Below the pieces are notes generated by a model, which was not told the origin of the DNA, did no database searches, and saw only the letters and a list, made by a program, of their open reading frames with translations. This document shows, one piece after another, positions 17,376-25,842 of a stretch of DNA of 32,000 nt. The stretch is from Candidatus Methylomirabilis oxygeniifera (GTDB taxonomy: Bacteria > Methylomirabilota > Methylomirabilia > Methylomirabilales > Methylomirabilaceae), in contig FP565575.1 in assembly GCA_000091165.1 (NCBI GenBank), forward strand, positions 2,310,001-2,342,000, given 5' to 3'. Position 1 is the stretch's first letter; each line of letters begins with the position of its first letter. A program made the position numbers and the translations under genes.

Positions 17376-19036
17376 CGAGATCCTTCGACGTGGCTGGCCG
17401 CAGATCCCTTGACGGGGAGGACTGACCCCTCGTGACCGGGCTCAGGGGCGACTTCGACCTGGCCTGCGGCGGGCGGTGTCGACTCGCTCAGGTACGGTTC
17501 GGTAGTCGTGACCGTTTTATGCACCCGCGCCAGAACATAATTGACCGACGCCTCTGTCCGACTCAGAAAGGGAGAGGGGTAGAGACCGATCCAGAAACAC
17601 ATAATCACGATCGGCACAAGGGTCGTCAGCTCCCTGGCGCTCAGATCGGGAAGATTCGCATTCTTGGGGTTCTCCAGCGCCCCGAACATGGTCCGCTGAA
17701 AGAGCCACAGCATATAGGCCGCGCCGAGTACGATTCCGGTCACGGCAAAGGCAGCATAGACATAATTGACCTTGAACGCGCCGACCAGAATCAAAAACTC
17801 TCCGATGAAGCCGTTCAGTCCGGGGAGCCCCATCGAAGAAAACATGATGATCGCAAAGAGGGTCGAGTAGACCGGCATCTGCTTGGATAAGCCCCCAAAC
17901 TCCGAGATCTGCCTCGTATGTCGGCGATCATAGATCAGACCCACGATCAGGAAGAGCGCGCCGGTTGAAAGGCCGTGGTTGATCATCTGGATAATGGCGC
18001 CCTGAACTCCCTGGAAATTCAGGGCGAACATGCCCAACATCACAAACCCCATGTGGCTGACGGAGCTGTAGGCGATCAGTCGCTTCATGTCGGTCTGGAC
18101 CATACAGACCAACGCGCCGTAAATAATCGCGATGATCGACAGGGTCATAATCATCGGAACAAAGTGTTGGGTGGCCTCCGGAAGCATCGGCAGGTTGAAC
18201 CGGATGAAGCCGTATGTTCCCATCTTCAGAAGGACACCGGCCAGAATGACGCTGCCGGCCGTCGGGGCATCGGTGTGCGCGTCAGGCAGCCAGGTATGGA
18301 AGGGAAACATCGGAACCTTGATGGCGAAGCCCAAAAAGAAGGCCAGCCAGACCAGATCCTGAAACGACAACGGGATGCCCAGCAGCGTTACAACAGGAGT
18401 CGATGGATACGACACCTTCATCAACTCAAAAATATCAAACGTGTAGGTTCCCGTCTCGGCGCCGTGATAGAAGTAGACGGCAAGGATCCCCAGCAGCATG
18501 ATGACGCCGCCGAACAGCGTATACAGAAAGAACTTGATGGCCGAATACAGGCGGCGATCGCTTCCCCAGATACCGATCAGGAAATACATCGGGACCAGCA
18601 TCACTTCCCAAAAGATGTAGAAGAGAAAGAAGTCCATCGAGAAAAAGACCCCGAGCATTCCGGTCTCCAGCATCAGCATGAAGGCATAATACTCCTTCAA
18701 CCTCATGCTCACCGATTCCCATGAACAGACGACCGTAATAACGGAAAGGGACGTGGTCAACATGACCAGCCACAGGGTGATCCCGTCGAGACCGAAAAAG
18801 TAGGTTACACCAATCGAGGGAATCCAGGAGACCTTCTCCACAAACTGCATCTCCGCAGTCGTCGAGTCGAAGTAGGCCGGGATCCAGAGGGACACCAGGA
18901 GGTCGGCTACTGTGAAGGCCAGGGCGGTCCAGCGGATGCCGTTTTTCGACTCCTTCGGGAGCAGCGCGAGCACGACCATCCCGACGAGGGGCAGATACGT
19001 CATCAGAGATAAGATGGGAAACTCAAGAGCATTCAT
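17372..19036 (-). CDS. nuoM: NADH-quinone oxidoreductase subunit M (cluster 2)
   Basis: FYIFWEVMLVPMYFLIGIWG, FPFHTWLPDAHTDAPTAGSVILAGVLLKMGTYGFIRF, DMKRLIAYSSVSHMGFVMLG. Confidence 0.95.
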   Translation of the reverse strand: MNALEFPILSLMTYLPLVGMVVLALLPKESKNGIRWTALAFTVADLLVSLWIPAYFDSTTAEMQFVEKVSWIPSIGVTYFFGLDGITLWLVMLTTSLSVITVVCSWESVSMRLKEYYAFMLMLETGMLGVFFSMDFFLFYIFWEVMLVPMYFLIGIWGSDRRLYSAIKFFLYTLFGGVIMLLGILAVYFYHGAETGTYTFDIFELMKVSYPSTPVVTLLGIPLSFQDLVWLAFFLGFAIKVPMFPFHTWLPDAHTDAPTAGSVILAGVLLKMGTYGFIRFNLPMLPEATQHFVPMIMTLSIIAIIYGALVCMVQTDMKRLIAYSSVSHMGFVMLGMFALNFQGVQGAIIQMINHGLSTGALFLIVGLIYDRRHTRQISEFGGLSKQMPVYSTLFAIIMFSSMGLPGLNGFIGEFLILVGAFKVNYVYAAFAVTGIVLGAAYMLWLFQRTMFGALENPKNANLPDLSARELTTLVPIVIMCFWIGLYPSPFLSRTEASVNYVLARVHKTVTTTEPYLSESTPPAAGQVEVAPEPGHEGSVLPVKGSAASHVEGSR

Positions 19037-19148
19037 ATGAACCGCAAACCTCCTGTCTCGGGTCCGACTATCGCCTCCAACACCCAGCCTTCAGCCACAA
19101 CGCTACGTTCCATTTCCTGTTGACTGCTGATAGCCGTCGGCCAATCGC

Positions 19149-21185
19149 TCATAAAAACAGATAGAACACCACCATGCCGACGATGCCAAGCGCCATGGCC
19201 AGAATGTAGTTCTGAATTGCTCCTGTCTGCAGCCTTCGCAGAGTGAAGCTTCCACCTTGAATCAGATCGGCGATAGCGTTGACCAGGCCATCAACAATCT
19301 TCATATCGTGCCAGGACGAGATCGCACTCAGCCGCATGGTCAGCCAGCTACTGCCGTTGACGGCGCCGTCCACCACCTTGGCGTCAACACCCCAGAGGAA
19401 GCCGCAGAAGCGCTTGCCAAAATGGATGAAGATCGCTTCGTATAGCTCATCGACCCAATACTTGTTCAGTAACAGATTGTAGAAACCGCGCAGCTTGTCC
19501 GCCAGCGCCGTGGGTATATCCGGCCGTTTGACGTAGAACAGATAGGCGAGGCCGATCCCAGCCAGCGCAACTGCCAGCGAGACCGCGGCCATAACAAGCT
19601 CGGATGCGCCCGCCGCATGCCCGGCGGCCGCCGCCACCACATGCTCGGTACCCCCTTCCATCGCATGCTCGGCGGCCTCGCCGACACCATGCCCGACAGC
19701 CGCCTCTGATCCGTGGGCGACCTCAAAGATCGGCGCGACGAATTTGTGATAGAGCCCGTGATCTGGAGGGAACCCTAACGCCGCGCCCGCAATTACCGAA
19801 AGGACGCCGAGCACCAGCAACGGATACGCCATGTTCGGCGGCGATTCGTGCAGGTGATGGGCGGTATGGTGGTCACCGCGAAAATGCCCGGTGAAAACCT
19901 GGAAGAACAGCCTGAACATATAGAAAGCCGTCAGGAAGGCGCCGATCAGCCCTAAAAGCCAGGGGATCGTGAGGCCACGCACAAAGGCATTGAATAGAAT
20001 CTCATCCTTGGACCAGAAACCCGCCAGAGGGAAGATCCCGGCGTTCGCCAGCGAGGCCAGCAGGAAGGTCCAGGTGGTAATCGGCATCGCCTTCCGCAGT
20101 CCGCCCATCTTTCTCATGTCCTGCTCGCCATGCAATGAGTGAATGACCGAGCCGCAGCCAAGAAACAGGAGCGCCTTGAAGAAGGCATGCGTCCCGAGGT
20201 GAAATACCGCGGATGGGTAGGCGCCGGCCCCGGCGCCCAGAAACATGTAGCCGAGCTGGGAGATCGTAGAGTAGGCCACAACCCGCTTGATGTCGTTCTG
20301 AACCAGTGCGATGGTGGCCGCGAAGACGGCCGTCAGCGCACCGACCCAGGCCACTACTTCGAGGCTGAACGGGGCCAGATTGAACAGGGCGTTCGACCGG
20401 GCCACCATATAGACGCCCGCCGTCACCATTGTGGCGGCATGGATCAATGCGGAGACCGGTGTGGGCCCTTCCATGGCGTCGGGAAGCCAGACATACAGCG
20501 GAAGCTGGGCCGACTTGCCCGTCGCGCCCACGAACAGCAGCAGCGTGATGGTCGTGTAGATCCCGGCGCCCAGCGTGGGATCGATCGCCGCAAATACTTC
20601 GGTATACTTCAGCGACCCGAAGGTGGTCCAGATAAAGAAGAGTCCGAGGATAAATCCGGCGTCGCCGATTCGGTTGACGACAAACGCCTTCTTGCCGGCG
20701 TCCCCTGCCGATTTTTTCTCATACCAGAAGCCGATCAGCAGATACGAGCAGAGCCCGACACCCTCCCACCCCAGGAACATCAGCAGGTAGTTGTTGGCCA
20801 GCACCAGCATCAGCATCGAGAACATGAACAGATTGAGGTAAGTAAAGAAGCGGGCATAGCCCCGATCACCGTGCATATAGCCGATCGAGTAAACATGGAT
20901 GAGGAACCCGACGAACGTAACCACCAGCATCATGACGGTGGAAAGCGGGTCGACCAGGAACCCGATCGGTACCTTGAGGTCGCCGACGTTCAGCCACGGA
21001 TAGACGTCCCAGTCGAGCGTCGCGCCACCCAGCGTCTGAAAGAACACGACAAACGCCACAAGGCACGACAGCCCCGCAGCCGGGACCGCGATCAGATGGG
21101 CCCGCTCCTTGATCCAGGCGCCGAACAGCCCATTGATCAGGACGCCGATCAGCGGCAGCAACGGTACAAGCGCAACCAGCTTCAT
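19149..21185 (-). CDS. nuoL: NADH-quinone oxidoreductase subunit L (cluster 2)
   Basis: WEGVGLCSYLLIGFWYEKKSAGDAGKKAFVVNRIGDAGF, PLYVWLPDAMEGPTPVSALIHAATMVTAGVYMV, DIKRVVAYSTISQLGYMFLG. Confidence 0.96.
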   Translation of the reverse strand: MKLVALVPLLPLIGVLINGLFGAWIKERAHLIAVPAAGLSCLVAFVVFFQTLGGATLDWDVYPWLNVGDLKVPIGFLVDPLSTVMMLVVTFVGFLIHVYSIGYMHGDRGYARFFTYLNLFMFSMLMLVLANNYLLMFLGWEGVGLCSYLLIGFWYEKKSAGDAGKKAFVVNRIGDAGFILGLFFIWTTFGSLKYTEVFAAIDPTLGAGIYTTITLLLFVGATGKSAQLPLYVWLPDAMEGPTPVSALIHAATMVTAGVYMVARSNALFNLAPFSLEVVAWVGALTAVFAATIALVQNDIKRVVAYSTISQLGYMFLGAGAGAYPSAVFHLGTHAFFKALLFLGCGSVIHSLHGEQDMRKMGGLRKAMPITTWTFLLASLANAGIFPLAGFWSKDEILFNAFVRGLTIPWLLGLIGAFLTAFYMFRLFFQVFTGHFRGDHHTAHHLHESPPNMAYPLLVLGVLSVIAGAALGFPPDHGLYHKFVAPIFEVAHGSEAAVGHGVGEAAEHAMEGGTEHVVAAAAGHAAGASELVMAAVSLAVALAGIGLAYLFYVKRPDIPTALADKLRGFYNLLLNKYWVDELYEAIFIHFGKRFCGFLWGVDAKVVDGAVNGSSWLTMRLSAISSWHDMKIVDGLVNAIADLIQGGSFTLRRLQTGAIQNYILAMALGIVGMVVFYLFL

Positions 21186-21187
21186 GC

Positions 21188-21222
21188 GAGTGTTGAGTGT
21201 TGAGTGTTGAGTGTTGAGTGTC
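21188..21222. repeat. Tandem heptanucleotide repeat (GAGTGTT)x4 + GAGTGTC, upstream of nuoL of cluster 2
   Basis: Direct reading; on the minus strand the unit is CTCAACA / AACACTC. Confidence 0.97.
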
Positions 21223-21237
21223 TGAAACGGATCATAC

Positions 21238-21546
21238 TTACCATTTCATCAGATTGATTTCGTCGACGTTGATGGTCTGAAAGTTTCGGTACAGCCCGAG
21301 GACGATCGCCAGCCCCACCGCGGCCTCGGCTGCCGCCACAGTAATGACAAAGATAGCAAAGATCTGCCCCTGCATGAGCGCCTGGGGCAGATATCTGGAA
21401 AATGCCACAAAATTCAGATTGACCGCATTGAACATCAGCTCCAACGCCATCAGTATGCCGACGGCATTGCGACGGGTCAGGGCCCCAAACATCCCGATGC
21501 CAAACAATATCACGCTAAGAATCAGATAGTACGACAGCGGCACCAT
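21238..21546 (-). CDS. nuoK: NADH-quinone oxidoreductase subunit K (cluster 2)
   Basis: [33 protein letters not shown]...[32 protein letters not shown]. Confidence 0.95.
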   Translation of the reverse strand: MVPLSYYLILSVILFGIGMFGALTRRNAVGILMALELMFNAVNLNFVAFSRYLPQALMQGQIFAIFVITVAAAEAAVGLAIVLGLYRNFQTINVDEINLMKW

Positions 21547-21549
21547 CCG

Positions 21550-22062
21550 TCAGTCCTTCCCCCGTTCGCGTCGAGCCAGAATAATTGCGCCCACCATGGC
21601 CGCCAGCAGAAGAAGCGATACCACCTCAAACGGCAGGACGTAGGTGGTCAGCAGGAGCTTCCCGATCGAGGCGGTGTTATCCGCCATCGTCAGGGGCGGC
21701 ACCATGGCGGGAAAGCCTTTCAGGTTGGCATAGGCCAGGAGCCCGACGATCGCGAGGACCACCACCGCGGAGATCCCCACCTGCTCGTTCATAATCTTGA
21801 CCCCGCCGGCCGAGATCCGACTGGTCAACATGATCGCGAACAGCAGGAGGATGGTAATCCCTCCCACGTACAGCAGCACCTGCGCGGCCGCCAGAAATTC
21901 GGCGTCAAGCAGGACAAACAGCGCGGCAACGCCGAAGAAGGCAAAGACCAATGCGATGGCGCAATGCACGATGTTTTTGGCCAGGACCACCAGCAGAGAG
22001 GCTCCCACCGTGAAGGCCGCCATCAGGAAAAATACAACGTGAGTCACAGTCACAAGCGCCAC
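21550..22062 (-). CDS. nuoJ: NADH-quinone oxidoreductase subunit J (cluster 2)
   Basis: VVFFLMAAFTVGASLLVVLAKNIVHCAIALVFAFFGVAALFVLLDAEFLAAAQVLLYVGGITILLLFAIMLT. Confidence 0.94.
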   Translation of the reverse strand: MALVTVTHVVFFLMAAFTVGASLLVVLAKNIVHCAIALVFAFFGVAALFVLLDAEFLAAAQVLLYVGGITILLLFAIMLTSRISAGGVKIMNEQVGISAVVVLAIVGLLAYANLKGFPAMVPPLTMADNTASIGKLLLTTYVLPFEVVSLLLLAAMVGAIILARRERGKD

Positions 22063-22071
22063 TCCCCAGTA

Positions 22072-23083
22072 CTAAGAATCTTTTAACACCAGGATCAATC
22101 CGGTAATCCCCATATTCAGCAAGGCCAGCGGCAGTAGGAACTTCCATCCCAGATTCATGAGTTGATCGACCCGCAGTCTGGCTAACGTCCAGCGCAGCCA
22201 CATCATGACGAAAATAAATGAAATAGGTCTTCAGCAGGAACCAGAGCCACCCCGGCAGCAGCGGCCCGTGCCACCCGCCGAGAAACAGCGTGGTGGCGAT
22301 GGCAGAGACCACGAACATATTGGCGTACTCCGCCAGAAAGAATATGGCAAACCGCATCCCGCTGTACTCAACATGAAAACCGGCCACCAGCTCCGACTCG
22401 GCCTCCGGGATGTCAAACGGCGTCCGGTTGCATTCGGCGATCGCCGCCGTCAGATAGATCAGGAAGCCAAGCAGTTGCGGAACCACAAACCACATCCCCT
22501 CCTGCGCCTCTACAATCCGGGTCATGCTCATCGAGCCGACCGTCATGATGACCCCGATCACCGAGAGCACAAGAGGAACTTCGTAGCTGACCGCCTGAGC
22601 CGCTGAGCGGATGGCGCCCAGAACCGAATATTTATTATTGGAGCTCCAGCCGGCCATAATGATCCCCACGACCGTCAGAGAGGAGATCGAAATATAGAAG
22701 AGGACGCCGATGTTCAGGTCGCCCGCGATAAGGCCCGGACCGAACGGAATAATTACAAACGCGGCAAGCGAGGCCGCAAAGACCACCATCGGCGCCAGGG
22801 CAAATACCAGTCGGTCGGCTCCAGCCGGGATGATATCCTCCTTGAGGAGGAGCTTGAGTCCATCGGCGATACTCTGGGCCCAGCCGTGCCAGCCGCCGAC
22901 CCGCATCGGCCCAAAGCGGACCTGGATGTGGGCACTGATTTTCCGCTCCCACCAGACCATAAACATCACGGAGACGGCGGTGAAGATGAGAACAGCCGTG
23001 GCCACCGCCAGCATCACGATCAACTGGGCGACCGTAAGGGGTAGACCCCACTCACTTAAGATGTCGTAAACAGGCTCCATCAA
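22072..23083 (-). pseudogene. nuoH: NADH-quinone oxidoreductase subunit H (cluster 2), frameshifted near 22216-22218 (true lesion or sequencing error)
   Basis: ORF 21905..23083 matches NuoH up to WFLLKTYFI and then changes frame; in the alternative frame downstream the DNA reads ...[26 protein letters not shown]..., the expected NuoH ending, with a stop at 22072-22074. Confidence 0.85.
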
Positions 23084-23167
23084 TCTTCCGTAAGAGAAAA
23101 TAAGTTGTTAGTTTTACGTTTTTAGTTTCGTTACTCAGAACTCAACACTAAACACCGGTAACTGTCT

Positions 23168-24301
23168 TTACCGGTCCACCTCGCCCAGCACGATGTCGAA
23201 ACTCCCCAGGATGGCCACAAGATCCGCAACGAGGTAGCCGGTACCCATTACGGGCAGCACGCTTAGGTTAACAAAGGTCGGAGAGCGAACCTTATACCGG
23301 TACGGCTTTTCAGAGCCGTCGGATACGATATAGAACCCCAGCTCACCCCTGGGCGTCTCCACCCTGCTGTAGATGTCTCCGACCGGCGGCTTCAGCTTCT
23401 TCGGCATCTTCGCGATGATCTCGCCGGACGGTAGCCCCTGGAGAGCTTGTTCGATGATCTTCACGCTCTCTTCCATCTCGATCCGTCTGACCATATAGCG
23501 GTCCCAGACGTCGCCGGAGGTCCCTACCGGGATATCAAACTCAAAACGATCGTAGATAGAGTATGGATCGTCTCGACGCAAGTCCCACTTGATCCCGGAG
23601 CCGCGGAGCACCGGCCCGCTGATGGCATAGTTGATGGCCGTCTTAGGGTCGAGTATGCCGAGACCTTGCACCCGTTTTTGGAAGATGATGTTGTCGGTCA
23701 TCACGGCATCGTACTCCGGCAGGCGCGGCTTGAACCATGCCAGGAACGCCTTACAGTCGGCCACGAAGGAATCCGGGAGGTCCAATGGCATCCCGCCGAT
23801 CCGGTAGAAGGCGTAGTTCAGTCGTTGACCGCAGACCGATTCGAACAGATCCAGGATCTTTTCACGCTCCCGGAAGCAGTACAAGAAGATCGTGAAGTTA
23901 CCCAGGTCGAGTCCGAAGGTCCCCAGCCAGATCAGGTGGCTGGCGATTCGCTGCAGCTCGCCCAGGATGACCCGCATATATTCGGCCCGTTCCGGTACGG
24001 CAATCCCCAGGTGCCGCTCCATCGTCAATACGAAGCCCCAGTTGTTATACATCGAGGCCAGATAGTCCAACCGGTCGGTGTACGGAATGATCTGTGTATA
24101 GATGCGGTTCTCACCGATCTTTTCATGGCAGCGATGCAGGTAGCCGATGTACGGGATGATCTCGGTGACCACCTCGCCGTCCAACTTCAACAGGAGGCGA
24201 AGCACGCCATGGGTGCTGGGGTGCTGCGGCCCCATGTTGACGTACATCTCCTCCATCGTTTCCTGGGTACGCTCAGCAATCTCCATCTCGTGCGGATTCA
24301 T
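23168..24301 (-). CDS. nuoD: NADH-quinone oxidoreductase subunit D (cluster 2)
   Basis: MYVNMGPQHPSTHGVLRLLLKLDGEVVTEIIPYIGYLHRCHEKIGE...FDIVLGEVDR. Confidence 0.96.
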   Translation of the reverse strand: MNPHEMEIAERTQETMEEMYVNMGPQHPSTHGVLRLLLKLDGEVVTEIIPYIGYLHRCHEKIGENRIYTQIIPYTDRLDYLASMYNNWGFVLTMERHLGIAVPERAEYMRVILGELQRIASHLIWLGTFGLDLGNFTIFLYCFREREKILDLFESVCGQRLNYAFYRIGGMPLDLPDSFVADCKAFLAWFKPRLPEYDAVMTDNIIFQKRVQGLGILDPKTAINYAISGPVLRGSGIKWDLRRDDPYSIYDRFEFDIPVGTSGDVWDRYMVRRIEMEESVKIIEQALQGLPSGEIIAKMPKKLKPPVGDIYSRVETPRGELGFYIVSDGSEKPYRYKVRSPTFVNLSVLPVMGTGYLVADLVAILGSFDIVLGEVDR

Positions 24302-24326
24302 CTGCCTGCCTCAACAAAACTGATCA

Positions 24327-24791
24327 TTACACCGGCTCATACGGGACCAGCCGTTCGTCCTGATAGTCTTTGCGCAACGGATACCCGACCCAATCCTCAG
24401 AAAGCAGAATCCGCCGGAGGTCCGGATGACCATCAAAGCGGATCCCCATCATGTCGAACGCCTCCCGTTCATGCCAGTCTGCCGTGCCCCACAGCGACGC
24501 CACGCTCCGGATAATCGGATCCTCACGCGGAACCCGCGCCCTCACCAGGGCCTTTGTCGGTAGCGACAGGGAAGAGAGGTGATACACCACCTCAAGTTCG
24601 CCACTCGCAATCCTGTCCACAGCACTCAGGCAGTTCAGATAATCGAGCCCTATCCCTTTCAGCGTCATCAGGATTTCGTAATTCTTCTCCGGATGGATAT
24701 CGATTCGAGCCTCGACACCCTTCACCTCTGAGGCCTTGACGGCATCGCCGAACTGCGACTTGATGGTTTCGATAACCTCATCCGGCGTCAT
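24327..24791 (-). CDS. nuoC: NADH-quinone oxidoreductase subunit C (cluster 2)
   Basis: From ATG 24791: MTPDEVIETIKSQFGD...[48 protein letters not shown]. Confidence 0.94.
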   Translation of the reverse strand: MTPDEVIETIKSQFGDAVKASEVKGVEARIDIHPEKNYEILMTLKGIGLDYLNCLSAVDRIASGELEVVYHLSSLSLPTKALVRARVPREDPIIRSVASLWGTADWHEREAFDMMGIRFDGHPDLRRILLSEDWVGYPLRKDYQDERLVPYEPV

Positions 24792-25150
24792 CAGACCCAC
24801 TCCAAGGCGCCCTTGCGCCAGGCATAGGCGAAACCCACCAGCAAAATGGCAATAAAGAGCATCATCTCTACAAACGCAAACATCCCCAGCTTCCGGAAGA
24901 CGACCGCCCAGGGCAGCAGATAGATCGTCTCCACCGCGAAGATGACGTAGACCAGCGCATACAGGTAGTACCGGACGTGAACGCGGATCCAGGAGGCACC
25001 GACCGGGTCTTCGCCGCATTCGTACGTCGTGTACTTTTCCGGCTCAGGGTTGGTGGGGCGCAGCAGCCGGGAGACGACGTCGACATTGACCACAACGAAA
25101 AGCAGACCGACGATCAGAAAAATACCTACGATTGCATAATCCGCTGCCAT
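24791..25150 (-). CDS. nuoA: NADH-quinone oxidoreductase subunit A (cluster 2)
   Basis: EKYTTYECGEDPVGASWIRVHVRYYLYALVYVIFAVETIYLLPWAVVF. Confidence 0.95.
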   Translation of the reverse strand: MAADYAIVGIFLIVGLLFVVVNVDVVSRLLRPTNPEPEKYTTYECGEDPVGASWIRVHVRYYLYALVYVIFAVETIYLLPWAVVFRKLGMFAFVEMMLFIAILLVGFAYAWRKGALEWV

Positions 25151-25252
25151 CTCACCACCTACATTCGATGTGTGCGTCCGACGTGGACGAGGCGGGTCTT
25201 ACGGCCTGGCCTCGTGCGGGGATCGCTGGGCCCGTGATCTATACACGGCGAC

Positions 25253-25277
25253 AAAAAAAATGCCCCGCACAGGGCAT
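25253..25277 (-). terminator. Intrinsic terminator (minus strand)
   Basis: Minus strand ATGCCC-TGTGCG-GGGCAT followed by TTTTTTT. Confidence 0.85.
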
Positions 25278-25349
25278 CCTGAATGGTGTGCCGACTGTTC
25301 GCTGCAGGGCCTACCGGAATCTGACAATCAACCTCGTGAAATTTTTAGC

Positions 25350-25379
25350 ATACTAGCACAACCCCCTCCGCCCTGTCAA
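25350..25379 (-). promoter_or_regulatory. Candidate sigma70-type promoter
   Basis: Minus strand TTGACA (25379-25374), 18-nt spacer, TGC-TAGTAT extended -10 (hexamer 25355-25350). Confidence 0.5.
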
Positions 25380-25395
25380 GGAGAAAAGCGGATGT

Positions 25396-25803
25396 TTACC
25401 GCGTTGCGCTCGCGGGCTTCGGCGACCCTGACGTCTTGCTAAAGCCTCTGATATAGGTCACCAGCTCCTTCATCTCGCGATCGGTCAGCTTCAGCCCATA
25501 CGCAGGCATGCCTGTCTTACCACCCGCTTTAATCACCTGCACAAGGGCGTCATCGGACCGTGTTTGCATATAGGCCGAATCGGTCAAGTTGGGCGTCTTC
25601 ATCCAAAACACCATCTTTGCCTGCATCCCATCGCCTTTGCCGCTCACACCGTGGCATCTGACACACTTGGTTTCGTAATTCGACTGAGCGCTTGCCGGCT
25701 CTTGGCTCTCAGCGCCGAATGCGGGAGAAGTTCCCACGACAACCAACATCGATACTGCGAATAACCACTGCCAACGAAGCCGGGATAGAATCAAGGTCAG
25801 CAA
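25396..25803 (-). CDS. Monoheme class I cytochrome c, secreted
   Basis: Signal peptide, then NYETKCVRCHGVSGKGDGMQAKMVFWMKTPNLTD...GKTGMPAYGLKLTDREMKELVTYIRGF. Confidence 0.92.
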   Translation of the reverse strand: MLTLILSRLRWQWLFAVSMLVVVGTSPAFGAESQEPASAQSNYETKCVRCHGVSGKGDGMQAKMVFWMKTPNLTDSAYMQTRSDDALVQVIKAGGKTGMPAYGLKLTDREMKELVTYIRGFSKTSGSPKPASATR

Positions 25804-25842
25804 CTTAACAGCCCTCCATGCGTTCGAGTGAATGATTGAATG

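Noticed and set aside
20139-21203. 354-aa plus-strand ORF
   Set aside because: Antisense shadow of nuoL of cluster 2; low-complexity, highly charged translation without recognizable domain.
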